A stretch of DNA of 63,407 bases, filler included, from Chiloscyllium plagiosum (taxonomy: Eukaryota), in NCBI RefSeq assembly GCF_004010195.1. It is 7 parts of one record of this genome, joined end to end, with 100 filler letters (N's around TTAATTAATTAA, not from the genome) between each part and the next. Parts side by side here need not be neighbours in the genome. Positions count along the whole stretch, not along the records: positions 34,457 to 43,255 come from NC_057710.1; positions 43,356 to 49,258 come from NC_057710.1; positions 49,359 to 56,053 come from NC_057710.1; 4 more parts are not named here. One strand, written 5' to 3'. How positions within the stretch are numbered: position 1 is the first letter of the stretch; each line of letters starts with the position of its first letter. The position numbers and the translations under genes are program-made. Below are positions 39,166 to 51,700 of this stretch, in pieces. The notes under the pieces are model-generated. The model was not told the origin of the DNA, searched no databases, and saw only the letters and a program-made list of their open reading frames with translations.

Positions 39166-39739
39166 ACATAAATCTCATTGCCATCTTAGTCTGTTCCTCC
39201 CTTTGTCCCTGCTCAAACAGTTTCAGTGAATAAGAATGAGGTTAAAATTGACCCTTAAGAGAGAAGCCGAGGTGAATAAAGATGTAACAGGCTAGAAATT
39301 GCTATGCATTTGCCTGTTTGTCTCCCAAATCCAGTTATGTCAATTGACACCCCACTCTAAGCCACTCAAATCCAGGATGCACCTGAGGGTTACTGCTGGT
39401 GAGGTATATAGGCTGAGAGTGCTTTTGTATCATTGAGCAAATTGCTTGTGAAGGAGGGACCAGTGTTGTTAGCTTGCCCTGAGCATTTGATGAGGCCTAG
39501 GGACCAACTTCTATTAGTCACCAAAACTTCAAACCTTGGAAATTTGGTAGTTTTAAGGTAACACACACATCCTTCTCAAAACCCTAGTCTTCAATACTGA
39601 TGCTGCTTGTACTGATGTTGTTAAGTGATGCCAAATAGAAGTGGGTTGTGTGAGCAAATTGAGCATTTTGATCAACTTTGAGGACTCCATAATGCAGAAA
39701 GTAGATCATTATTGATGGGAAAATGTTGGAGTATATTTC

Positions 39740-42510
39740 ACAATCACATTTCCATTGATAAGAGGTTATTGGGCTAAGTTAAAACACATGGGATAGGGAG
39801 TAACATATTGGCATAGATCGAAGATTGTTTGATAAGAAAGTAGGAATGTTTTTTTTTCTTCTGGGTGGCAGGCAGATACTAGTGGGGTATGGCAAAGTTC
39901 AGTGCTTTGGCCCTGGTTATTCTTGATATGTAAAAATGACTTGAATGAGGGAAGTAAATGCAACATTTCCAAGTTTGCTAACAAGACAAAGTTGGGCAGG
40001 ATTGTGAGTTGCGAGTGGGTAAACACATGGCAATTGCAATCCAATGTGGCTGAGTATGAAATCATGCTTTGATGTGATAAACAGAAAGGAGGAAAATTAT
40101 TTAAATGATAATTTATTGTATGGATGTTTATAGTTTTAGTGAAGACCTGTAGTTCAGGTTGTGGTTGAAGTTGTTGGTCTGTTTACTGACTGATTGATTT
40201 TCTTGCAAACATTTCATCTCCCTCTTGGGTGACGTCTTCAGTGCCGTGTAGTCTCTGGATGAAGCGCTGTCATGAGCTGCCTCGAATTTATACAGTTCTG
40301 ACTGTTCTGGCAGATGTTTCTACTCCTGGTTTGTAGCGGCCTGTAGAGGGGGTCTATTTCAATATGTTTGTCTACGGGATCAGTGGATGAATACCAGGAA
40401 TTCCCAAGCTTATCTTTGTTTAGCCTGTCCCCATATTGTAATGTTGTCTGAATGGGGTTGTTGTCTTTCATTGTCAGTGTTTATTGATATGAGGGAGGAC
40501 TGGTCATGTCATTTTATTGCAAGCTCATGTTTTCTGGTGGCGAGTTTCCGACCTGTTTGTCCTCTGTCATGTTTCTTACCGTTGTATTGTGTGGTATTTT
40601 GTATATCACATTTGTCCTGCATGTTGTGAGTATGGAGTATTTTGTGCTGCACAATAGTTGGTGAAGTGCGGCTGTGACTTGTTTGCTGTCATTATTCCCA
40701 GAGGACGTAGAAGTCTAATTTTTAGCGGATCAGATATGTGGCAATATCTTTGTTATCATTAAACAGTTCAAATTGGAAAGTACACACCTCCTCATCAATA
40801 ACAAATTTACTGGGATCAAGTTCACCATGGAAGAAGATAGTAACAACCAACTCCCTTTCTTAGACGTACTGACTGATTGAACGAACAACAGTGAACTCCT
40901 TACCAGAGTATACAGAAAGGCTACACATTAAGCCTAGATCCTCAGTTACAACAGTAACTACTCCAATGTCCACAAACAGAGCTATGTCAAGACCCTGTTT
41001 AAACAAGCCATAACACATTGAAACACTCCAGAACTCTGCACAAAAGAAGAGGAACACTTATACAAAGTCTTTGCCAATAATGGTTACCCTATCAACTTCA
41101 TCCGCTGATGCCTGACAGTACAAACAACACCAAGAAGATACTGTGTCCCCAACGCGCTGACCACCCTACCCTATGTTAGAAATATCTCAGAACTAACAAC
41201 GAGATATGGGGAGAAAATGGAAATATAACATTGAGAAACAGAATTAGCCATGACCACATTATCCTCTAGGAATAATGACAGCACACTAACCCACAGCCAC
41301 ACTTTGCCAAGTACCATCAAGACAAAAGACCTCATACCCACAACATGTAGAATAAGTGTGATATACAAAATACCATGAAGCAACTGCAAGAAACATTAGA
41401 GAGGACAAACAGGCAGAAAGATCACCACCAGGGTACATGAATATCAGCTTGTAACAAACAACATGACCAGCCCTCCCTCAGATCAATAGACACTGACAAC
41501 TGAGGGCATCAATTCCACTGGGACGGCGTTACGGTATTGGGACAGGCAAAACAAAGATAAAACTTAGGAATTCCTGGTGGTCTGGTATCTATCCACTGGT
41601 TCCATTAGCAAACACATTGAAATAGACCCCATCTACAGATTGCTACAGGACAAAACTCAGAGTAGAACATTGGCCACAACAGACAGGACTGTATAAATCT
41701 GGGGCAGATCAAAATGACAGCGCTTCATCCAGAGACTACACGGCACTGAAGATGTCACCAAGGAGGGAAACGAAATGTTTGCCAGAAAATCAACCAGCTC
41801 AGTGAACAGATCAACAACTTCATTGTATGGATGTACAAAGAGATCTGGCTGTCCTTATACACCAGTCAATAAGTAGACAGCAAGTGGGGCAAGCAATTGG
41901 AAAGCCCTCATGGAAAAAAGATTTGGCTTCAGGAGGAGGAATGTGATATAGGGCCTTGGTGAGACAATACAATGACTATTGCATGCAATTTTCATCCCCA
42001 TACCCAGGAAAGGATATACTTGCCATTGATGGGATGCAATGGAGGTTCATTACAAAGATATCCAGGATGGCTGGACTGTCCTATCAGGAGAGATTGGTTT
42101 GGATGGACTTGTATTTATTAAAGTTTGGAAGTATGGGAGGGGATATGATTGAAATGTTTAAAATTCTAACAGGGCTGAAAAAATAAATCAATGAAGCTCT
42201 TTTCCCTAGTTGGGGAGTCCAGGACTATGGGATACAGTCTCACGATGTAAGGTAAGCCATTCAGGACGGAAATGTCTTTAATCAAATGGTAGTGAACCTA
42301 TAGAATTCTCCACCACAGAACGCTGTGGATGCCAAGTCATTGAATGCATTCAAGACAGATAATTTTAAAAAAGATTTTAAGGCATCCTGCGAAATGGGGA
42401 GAAAATGGAAATATAACATTGAGAAACAGAATTAGCCATGACCACATTGAATAATAGCACAGGTTACAAGGGCTGAATTGTTTATTTTTTCTCTTAGTTT
42501 CTATTTTTGG
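39740..42510 (+). mobile_element. Decayed CR1 split by Penelope insertion
   Basis: RT-region sequence up to 40127 resumes at 41835 (acaaagagatctggctgtcc..YCMQFSSP). Confidence 0.82.
40128..41821 (+). mobile_element. Second-family Penelope element with inverted 5' copy of its 3' end
   Basis: Plus: GIKFTMEED..LPFLDVLIER..VYRKATH and VIYKIP..GQTGRK. Ends 40160-40450 and 41500-41821 are inverted homologues. 13-bp duplication attgtatggatgt (40115-40127, 41822-41834). Confidence 0.92.
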
Positions 42511-42863
42511 GCAGTTTGTGCATGTAATTTACTGTAATATCAGTAAGCTCAGAACATAGACTGTGTGTAAGTCAATGATAATGTAGCTATGTAAATAATT
42601 ATTTTTGTTAATAAACTTCTAGACACCCATGTCAACAAAAACCCAAGCCTCTGTAGTTTTTGTTATTTGGACTAACAAATTTGAAAATACAAAGCATACT
42701 AATTGCATATGAATCTACTTGTTGCAGATATATCAATCCATTGCAGTATTAATAGGAATGACCACCACATAATTGCTATAGAGGTAAAATGCCATCTTCA
42801 CATTGTAGATATCTTCTAGTGTGTGGTGTGACACTACCACTGTGATAAACGGGAATTATTTTA

Positions 42864-43255
42864 GACAATAAACAATAGACAATAGGTGCAGGAGTAGGCC
42901 ATTCAGCACTTCGAGCCTGCACCACCATTCAATATGCTCAAGGCTGATCATTCCTAATCAGTATCCTGTTCCTGCCTTATCTCTATAACCCTTGATTCCA
43001 CTATCTTTGAGAGCTCTATTCAACTCTTTCTTAAATTAATCCAGAGACTGGGCCTCCACTGCCCTCTGGGGCAGAGCATTCCACACAGCCACCACTCTCT
43101 GGGTGAAGAAGTTTCTCCTCATCTCTGTCCTAAATGGTCTACCCCGTATTTTTAAGCTGTGTCCTCTGGTTCAGCACTCACCCATCAGCGGAAACATGTT
43201 TCCTGCCTCCAGAGTGTCCAATCCTTTAATAATCTAATATGTCTCAATCAGATCC
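42864..43255 (-). mobile_element. CR1 3' end (same family as 8125-9395)
   Basis: agacaat tail, ggtgcaggagtaggccattc, ctctgggtgaagaagtttct. Confidence 0.92.
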
Positions 43256-43355
43256 NNNNNNNNNNNNNNNNNNNNNNNNNNNNNNNNNNNNNNNNNNNNT
43301 TAATTAATTAANNNNNNNNNNNNNNNNNNNNNNNNNNNNNNNNNNNNNNNNNNNN

Positions 43356-43552
43356 CTGCCAGAGGAAGTGGTGGAGGCTGGTACAATTGCAACATTTAAG
43401 AGGCATTTGGATGGGTTTATGAATAGGAAGGGTTTAGAGGGATATGGGCCAGGTGCTGGCAAGTGGGACTAGATTAAGTTGGGATATCTGTTTCGGCATG
43501 GATGGGTTGGACCGAAGGTCTGTTTCCATGCTGTACATCTCTATGACTCTAT
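43356..43552 (+). mobile_element. CR1 (HER1-like) 3' end
   Basis: LPEEVVEAGTIATFKRHLD; ctatgactctatga tail. Confidence 0.92.
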
Positions 43553-43749
43553 GAAACAGTTGATTTATACAATAGAATGTATTAGGGTAAAATAGCTTTT
43601 GCCACGCATAATTAACTTGTGATTTGGTGAAACACAAGGTGAATATGGACCAGCTGCTGTCCACCATATTTTTATTGCTCCAGGCAGACTGACAGCTAAC
43701 AGCATAAGCTACTGATCCAAAATCCATACCACTCATCTCACAAACCACC

Positions 43750-44490
43750 TGAGAGGTGGCAAGTGGGGTTTAGTGCGGAAAAGTGTGAGGTGATTCACTT
43801 TGGAAGGAGTAACAGGAATACTTAGTACTGGGCTAATGATAAGATTCTTGGTTGTGAACAGATAAGATTCTTGGTGTCCATGTACATAGATCCCTGAAAG
43901 TTGCCACCCAGGTTGACAGGGTTGTTAAGAAGGTGTGCGGTGTGTTAGCTTTTATTGGTAGAGGGATTGAGTTTCAAAGCTATGAGGTCATGTTGCAGCT
44001 ATACAAAACTCTGGTGTGGCTGCACTTGGAATATTGCATAAAGTTCTGGTTGCCGCATTATAGGAAGAATGTAGAAGCATTGGAAAGGGTGCAGAGGAGA
44101 TTTACCACGATGTTGCCTTGTATGGAGGTAAGGTTGTATGAGGAAAGGCTGAGGGACTTGAGGCTGTTTTCATTAGAGAGAAGGTTAAGAGGTGACTTAA
44201 TAGAGGTGTACAAGATGATCAGTGGATTAGATAGTGTGGATTAGGAATGAGGCTAATTCCTGATGAAGGGCTTTTGCCTGAAACATCGATTCTCCTGCTC
44301 CTTGGATGCTGCCTGATCTGCTGTGCTTTTCCAGCACCACACTCTCGACTCTGATCTCAAGCATCTGCAGTCCTCATTTTCTCCTATGGATGATAATAGA
44401 ATAGTGTAGGATGGATGGGCTTCAGATCTGTTTCACAGGTCCGCGCAACATCGAGGGCCAAAGGGCCTGTACTGCGCTGTAATGTTCCAT
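43750..44490 (+). mobile_element. CR1 3' portion with Penelope mini-element replacing part of it
   Basis: ORF 43933-44244 is CR1 ORF2 C-terminus; tail gcgcaacatcgagggccaaagggcctgtactg. Confidence 0.9.
44255..44385 (+). mobile_element. Penelope pLTR mini-element with hammerhead motif
   Basis: attcCTGATGAagggcttttgcctGAAAcatc. Confidence 0.85.
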
Positions 44491-44686
44491 GACTGATGAG
44501 GAACAGTCCAACTTGAATCCCTGACTGGTGATGAGTGAGCCAACTTCAGGCAGGACAGTGATAATGGCTCAACAATTGACTTCTAGGCTGGAAAATAAGT
44601 ATCTCTGTTCCAGGTTGCTTTTCAGTGCTTTTCTGGAAACTCCTTCTGGATTTGGATAGATTGAGCTTGGCTGTAGCCCCACTTGG

Positions 44687-44807
44687 CGAAAGTGAGGACT
44701 GCAAATGCTGAAGATTAGAGTGGTGCTGGAAAAGCACAGCAGGTCAGGCAGCATCCGAGGAGCAGGAAAATTGACGTTTCAGGCAAAAGCTCATCATCAG
44801 GAACAAG
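44687..44807 (-). mobile_element. Penelope pLTR mini-element
   Basis: 15-bp duplication tgtagccccacttgg (44672-44686, 44808-44822); reverse CTGATGA..GAAACGTC. Confidence 0.87.
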
Positions 44808-45287
44808 TGTAGCCCCACTTGGTCAAAGAGCTTGCAAACACTAACATGGTTTCAACATGAGTCAGGACAACTTACCTGAGGCACAAAAGGAGGCAAGGAG
44901 AACTGTAAAGCAAAGGAATGGGTCCTTCAACTCACAAATTTGTGCCGAACATGACGCCAAATTAAACTAATACCTACTGCATGCCCTTGGTCCAGATTCT
45001 TCCATTCGTTGCATATTCATGTGCTTGTCTCAAAGTCTCTTAAACACTCCAAACCTATCTGCTTCCACCACCACCCCTGACTGTGCATTCCAGGCTGCTC
45101 CCATTCAATGTGTAAAAAACCTGTCCCACTCATCTCCTTTGAACTTGCCCCCTTTTGCCATAAATGCATGCTCCCCGTTGCTGGAGTGATAGAATGAGAG
45201 AAAACTGAAAACAAGGAATCACCATGCATAGCACTGCAGGCATGTGCTTTTGTGACAAATGACAAGATATTATGTTGGGTTTCTTAG

Positions 45288-45402
45288 ACCCCTTGTGATG
45301 CAGTGGTACTGTCCCTACCTTTGTCGAGAAGGTCTGGGTTCAAGTTGTACCTACTCCAGAGTAGTGTCATAGCATATCTGAATAGGCTGAGTTTAAAAAA
45401 AA
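45288..45402 (+). mobile_element. Short tRNA-derived SINE
   Basis: tgcagtggtactgtcccta..ctgggttcaagt A/B boxes and A-rich tail. Confidence 0.6.
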
Positions 45403-45563
45403 GTCTCCATTTGATTTCCATAGTCAGTTGATTTGCAAGCTGTATGACATGAGTACATAGGGTTTATCATTGAAGGTGGAATATATGATGTTTATATACG
45501 CAAGTAAAAAGGTTCATCAAGTTCACCCCTTGGAGTTTTCTGTCAAGCATACAATGGTCTTAC

Positions 45564-45661
45564 ATTAACTGGTAAAGAAGGCCTGTACGTGTCATTTAGA
45601 GAAACCAAAGTCTGTTCAGGTCTTCGAGTTTCTTTCACAATTGTTTTAATGGAGGCTTCTT
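45564..45661 (-). CDS. Candidate 98-nt exon (EEASIKTIVKETRRPEQTLVSLNDTYRPSLPVN)
   Basis: T-rich tract plus weak aaag acceptor, AAT|gtaaga donor, open frame; phase-compatible with 53699-53781. Confidence 0.4.
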
Positions 45662-47871
45662 CTTTTAGTAGATGTTATATATTAAACCACAAACAAAAAA
45701 AAAGCAAACGTACTTCACATGTGTGCTATTTAAGTTGTAATAGATATTTCCTGATTATAAACCCTAGCTTTGATTCCCCCGTTCGGGTTGAACTCAGTAA
45801 CTCAGCAGAAATGGCTGTATGAGGAAGTGGGGAGATGGGAAGGTTGGGGTTCTAATTTATCTTCAAGTCCGTCAACTAAAGAGGGGAGTAATATCCAGGC
45901 TTTGTCCAGTGTATATCCTTTCTGTTTTATAATTGGGTCAAATTCACATTTACCAACTGGCTGATGCTAGCTTACGTGGTGAAATCATTCATGCAAGATG
46001 AATGATACTTAAGACACTTTAATTACTTTATGTTCTAATTGCACTCCTTCTTACAACTATACACAACTTTGAGATTAATTTCACTACTATCTTCAATATA
46101 TGTATTTCAAATTTCTTTTAACTTTTGTTTAACCATATCCTATTTGTTTAATATCCAGAAGACTCTGCTTATGACTGCATAACATTGATTTTTATCTAAT
46201 TTGTTCTTAAACTCCTATAAATAAAACATGGGTGTTGGGGAGTAGGCTGGGGTGCATGAAGCTTTGAGCTCTCTTGATACAAGTTAAAATTCTGAACTTG
46301 CCTGGTGTGATGAAATGCATAGCATGGGCCGTTAATGACAACTATCATTCTCTTAGAGTTCAAAGTGCATAAAATATCTTGGGTTGATCAGTGTTGCCTA
46401 CATTTGATGTTGTTTATCTTTGAATGGACTCTACAGCTTCAAGGTCAGCATTGAGGTCAGCTCAAAGGACAGACAGACCTCTGAAAAACTGACTTCCTAA
46501 TTTGCAACTGACTGAGAAAGCTAGGCAGAAGGGGAAAGAGCCAGCTATAATACATGTTTCTTTCTCTGCCTCTTGCTCGATGCCTTTTTTTTAAATGATG
46601 ATCTGTACATTCAAGCATTGGGCATCATCTTGTAAAGTTAGGCTAGGAATTTTTTTTCTCAAATGCTGATTCCCTGGTGATGCATGGCTCAGCACTGCTA
46701 TTAAATAGTTGGGAATCAGAAAGACTGCCCATTGCTGAATGAGCATAACTCTGAACCGGAGTGCATCATATGGGGTTAAGAGGGGAACTGACAATGTTTT
46801 GATATTTAGATATACCATTGAGACAAGCTTTCAAGATTTTTATATCCAAAAACTAAAAAGAAATACAACTTAGCAAAATATTGAGAAGCTTATCTGTGTG
46901 CATACTGTTAAAAAAGTCAGCAAAAAATTAGAAATTGGCATGAATTGAGAAAGGGAAAGATTTGAGCGAGTTGGAAAGTCATATGTTGGCAGCAAATAAC
47001 AGGTCGAGATGTACATTATTTCTGCAGGTCAGCAATAGTACTTCATGTTTCCTTATGACTGGATGTAAATAGTTGGTGCAATGGGAGGAAAGTGTTGATA
47101 ACCTTGAAAATGTTGCTTTATCAGCCATACATTAAAGAAAAATCAGAAAAGACCATTTGGTCCATTAAAGTGGATCCCTTTCACTCAGACAAACAGTCCA
47201 ACTGCTTCACTTTTCAAATTTCAAATCCTTACTATCCTTTAGAGAGTTTGGTTTGGTTTGAATGCCAGTAGAGAGCATACTAAAGACTGTGCAAAGTTTG
47301 CCCTCACACATTATTGGAATAAACTCAGTGCATTTCAGCCAGTATTGCATCTTTTCTCATTGCTCAATCTCAGATGCTGAGTAAGTCATAGGGTCATAGA
47401 GTCATACTGCATGGAGACAGTCCAACCAGCCTATGCTGACCATAATTCCAAATGAAACTAGTCCCACCTACTTACACTTGCCCCAAATCTTTCCAAACAT
47501 TTCTTTCTCATGAATTTATAAAAATGAATCAAAACAAACAATTTATACTACTGAAATGTAATAACTCTAAGAGATCTAAAAGTAAGCTTGCAATCTCAAG
47601 AGCATCTGCAAGATCTACATTACTCACAGTCCATCATTTTTTGTTCCAAGTCCTCATGGAATGTGGGTTGAGGCAAACAAAAGGAGGGAATCACGGTTCA
47701 GTGTAGGTTGGCTGTATTAATGTACAGTCAGGAGATTTCTTCAGATGCATGCAGCAGTCACAGTAAGCACCATTGCAAAGTCTAAAATACATTGGTGGAG
47801 CTTGCTTTCAAAAATGGGCATAAGGGTACATCTCTATGATTCTATGACCCCTGGGCAGTGAATATTTTCTC

Positions 47872-47907
47872 ATTCCTGAAGAAGGGCCTGTGCCCGAAAC
47901 GTCGAAT
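47872..47907 (+). ncRNA. Putative minimal type I hammerhead ribozyme in a Penelope mini-element (47866-47962)
   Basis: AUUC-CUGAAGA-A-GGGC(CUGU)GCCC-GAAAC-GUC-GAAU: stem I AUUC/GAAU, 4-bp stem II, palindromic ACGU stem III, GUC site. Confidence 0.72.
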
Positions 47908-48096
47908 CTCCTGTTCCCTGGATGCTGCCTGACCTGCTGTGCTGTTCCAGCAATAAAGTTTCATCATTGCAATGAGATCAAGGAAGAACACCACATTGGA
48001 CATGCAGATAGCAGACCATGGCATGCTGTGCTCCGAGGAAAGTTAGCATTATCAGAGTAGCACTTGTTGTAGCTTATCAAATACATTTTCTCCCTC

Positions 48097-48352
48097 AGCA
48101 GCATGGTGGCTCAGTGCTTAGCACTGTTGCCTCACAGTACTAGGGTCCCAGGTTCATTTCCAGCCTTGTGTGACTGTGTGGAGTTTGAACATTCTCCCTA
48201 TGTCTGTGTGGGTTTCCTCCAGGTGCTCTGGTTTCCTTCTACAGATGTGCAGGTCAGGTGAATTGGCTATGCTAAATTGCCCATGGGTGGGTTACTCTTT
48301 TGTTGGTTGGGCCAAAGGGCCTGTTTCCACATTATAGGGAATCTAATCTAAT
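48097..48352 (+). mobile_element. HE1 SINE (V-SINE)
   Basis: ggtggctcagtgcttagcactg..tgtgtggagtttgaacattctccc..aatctaatcta tail. Confidence 0.9.
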
Positions 48353-48899
48353 ATTCTATCAGAATAGATTATGTTGAAGTTCAACCAATAATATTGTTAG
48401 TCTCATGCTGTTAAAAAATATTAACAAGGCTTTCTGGGATATGATAAAGCACTAATGTTATTCAAGATAGTTAACTGTGGCTTCATCTTGCTACAGGGCT
48501 ACAAGAGGCAACAAAATCACGTGGCACTGTACCATGTCCTGTACTGACATGTTATGTGTTAAATTAGCATATCACAAAACAAAATTTAACCCCTTATAGC
48601 ACATTTCCTCTCAAGATTCTGATTCTACCCATTATACTGCACTATTTAAGGTTCAGTAGGTTAATCCCAGTCAATCTTAATTTAAGGAAGGTGAGTGGTG
48701 GGTGGTGCATTCTTTCAGAATTCATAGACAGCTTGGAAATTTGTTTGGGAGGCGTGTGTGGCAGTAAGGAGGTTAGTGGGAGTGGTATAATGAATTAAAG
48801 CAGCTCCCAAATGAAGCTTAGCTGCAAATGTTACTACCTGTTGGTGAGGCTGTTGTGTGTTGATGTGGTAAATGATAGTCTGATAACAGTATTTTGACT

Positions 48900-49258
48900 C
48901 GATAGTTCAGGGCACAGATAGGCGGTTCTGTGGGGGCGAGAGAGACTCACGTTTGGTATGTTGCCTCCCAGGTGCAAGGGTACGTGACGTCGCTGATCGT
49001 GTTTTCTGGGTCCTTAAGGGGGAGGGGGAGCAGCCCGAAGTCGTGGTCCACATTGGCACCAACGACATAGGTATGAGGAGGGCTGAGGATGTTAGGCAGG
49101 CTTTCAGGGAGCTAGGCTGGAAGCTCAGAGTTAGAACGAACAGAGTTGTTGTCTCTGGTTTGTTACCCGTGCCAAATGATAGAGAGCCGAGGAATAGGGA
49201 GAGGGAACAGTTAAATGCGTGGCTACAGGGATGGTGCAAGAGGGAGGGATTCCGGTAT
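48900..49258 (+). mobile_element. CR1 ORF1 esterase (SGNH-like) fragment
   Basis: CCLPGARVRDV..PEVVVHIGTNDIG..VVVSGLLP..LNAWLQGWC. Confidence 0.92.
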
Positions 49259-49358
49259 NNNNNNNNNNNNNNNNNNNNNNNNNNNNNNNNNNNNNNNNNN
49301 NNTTAATTAATTAANNNNNNNNNNNNNNNNNNNNNNNNNNNNNNNNNNNNNNNNNNNN

Positions 49359-49661
49359 CTTACAGTGTGGAAACAGGCCCTTCGGCCCAACAAGTCCACA
49401 CCGACCCGCCGAAGCGTATACCACCCAGACCCATACTCCTACATTTACCCCTTCACCTAACACTATGGGCAATTTAGCATGGCCAATTCACCTAACCTGC
49501 ACATTTTTGGATTGTGGGAGGAAACCGGAGCACTCGGAGGAAACCCACGCAGACACGGGCAGAATGTGCAAACTCCACACAGAGAGTCGCCTGAGGCGGG
49601 AATTGAACCTGGGTCTCTGGCGCTGTGAGGCAGCAGTGCTAGCCACTGTGCCACCGTGCCA
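49359..49661 (-). mobile_element. Young HE1 SINE
   Basis: CpG-rich, full V-domain and tRNA head on the reverse strand. Confidence 0.94.
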
Positions 49662-50389
49662 CCCACAATGTAAGTCCATTGTAGTCTTGGCATTTTTAAA
49701 AAAGTCTTTGTGTGCTGTAGCTTTCACTATTCAGTTAAATGGCTTATTTCTTCAAAAAATGTATGATGTATCAATCAATATTAGATTTCTTTTGCAATTT
49801 GGATAATTGCACAACAGTTGTAAATTCTGCTGTAAATCATTAACTACTTTGATTACTCTTCTATTTTAGTGCAGTCTGTAAAATTGACAAGGTTACAGTT
49901 AGTTTGCACATAATGGTAATTTATATAGACACAAAATAAAAACATTCTTGGGAAAACATCAACTTCAGTTAAAGTTTCTGCGGAGTGTAGCATTTGCACC
50001 TGTTGCACACCATTTAATGATGTTATATTCCTGAATTATTTTATTCCGGTCTGGAGAGAGAGCAACTTCTGTCTGTTTCGCTCAAGATTTATATTACGGC
50101 TTTCGTTGGTAATACAGGACATTGCTGTCAAATAGAGACAGACATGCTGTAACATTGAAAAAAATGATTTAACACTCCAGTCTTTCACTTCTTATATATT
50201 CCATTATCCCATTTTTATATTCATACAGACACACTTCCGTGGCTGCCTGATGTCATTTGAGGGGGGAAGATATATTGAACCACTCTTTACCAAATTGCCC
50301 AATTGTCATTCCATGGTTCTTTGATATTTAGAAGAGCAAAGGGTTACACTGAGTACTTATCTCATACTTACTGAGTGTATGACTGACAA

Positions 50390-51700
50390 CAGGAGCTTGC
50401 ATTTATATATATAGACAGAAAAGAGAGCAAGACAGAGAGGTGAAGAGGTTCAAGAAGGAGTTTTCTAAGTTTAAGGCTGAGGTAGTGGAAGACTTGGCTG
50501 TCAAGATTGTATCTTTGCAATCGAGGATGTACAAGAGACCAGAATTGGAGGAATGTAGAGATCTTGACAGCTTGTAGAACTACAGGAGCTTATAATGATG
50601 AAGAGGGACAAGATCATAGAAATGTTTACAACATTGGAGGTCCTTTTAAAATAGAGACATTTCTGAGCTGGATACCCATGTCTGTGCATACAGAAATGAA
50701 AGGTGAATGACACTTGCTCATGCTCAATTGTGATGTGAATTGTGGAAGATAGAAGAAATTAAGTTTAGGAGGGTAGAATTTGGCAGGCTAGCCTGAAACT
50801 CATTAGAATAGTCCAGTCTTTTGTGAGTACAGGATGAGGAACAGGAATTGGTTATTTGCCCCCAAGATCCAGCTCCACCATTCAATAGGACCATCGCTAA
50901 TTTGATTATGATTTTAACTTCACTTTCCTGTATAACTCCCAGAATGCCTTGACTCCCTTGAATATCAAAAATCTATCCACTTCAATGGTCCAGCCTCTTC
51001 TGCATTCCAGGGAAGAGAGTTCCACAGACTATTGATCCTTTGAGTTGAAATACATGTTCTTCTCATCTGCATTTTAAAACGGAGACACCGTTTTCCTAAA
51101 GTGTGTCCATTAATTCTAGTCTCCCCCACAAGAGGAAATATCTTCCCAGTCTGCACCCTGTCAATTCCCCTCGGAATCTTACCTGTTTTCACAAGATCAT
51201 TTTGTATTCTTCTAAACGTCGTTACATATAGGGCCGGCATTGAGATAACAAAGGCATGAAATAAAGGCTTTCAGCAACAGAGGAGTTGGGTGCTATTACT
51301 GATATGGAAAGAGATAATCTTAGTGATGAAGTGGGTTGGATGTTCATCTCAAGGACTAACTCTGATAAAGGTAAAGTCTCCATAGTATTGCCAGACCAGA
51401 TCGCTGCTCTTTCATTCGAGAGAGAGAGAGAGAGAGAAAGAGTGGTGGTGGTGGTTTAACTGTGGGTCACCACACCTCAGGTGCTAAATACAACATCAAG
51501 ATTGTGAACAATCTGGTACTATCTTAAATAGTTGCCAGGGTCATGTACAGAGTTGGGATATGGAGAATGGAATCTGCAGCAGGCATTAAAGACAATGGCT
51601 TTACTCTTCCTAATATTTAGTTGGAAGGAATATCTGGTCTTCCATTATTGGGTGACAGATGTATAGCATGCCAAATTAGAGCTGATAACAAATAAGAAAA
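50390..51700 (-). mobile_element. Decayed L2 LINE interrupted by a CR1 3' end (50830-51240, -) and a (GA)n-containing repeat (51368-51482)
   Basis: cttgcatttatata end, cattagaatagtccagtct|tgagataacaaaggcatg join, ttcctaatatttagttggaaggaa. Confidence 0.65.
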
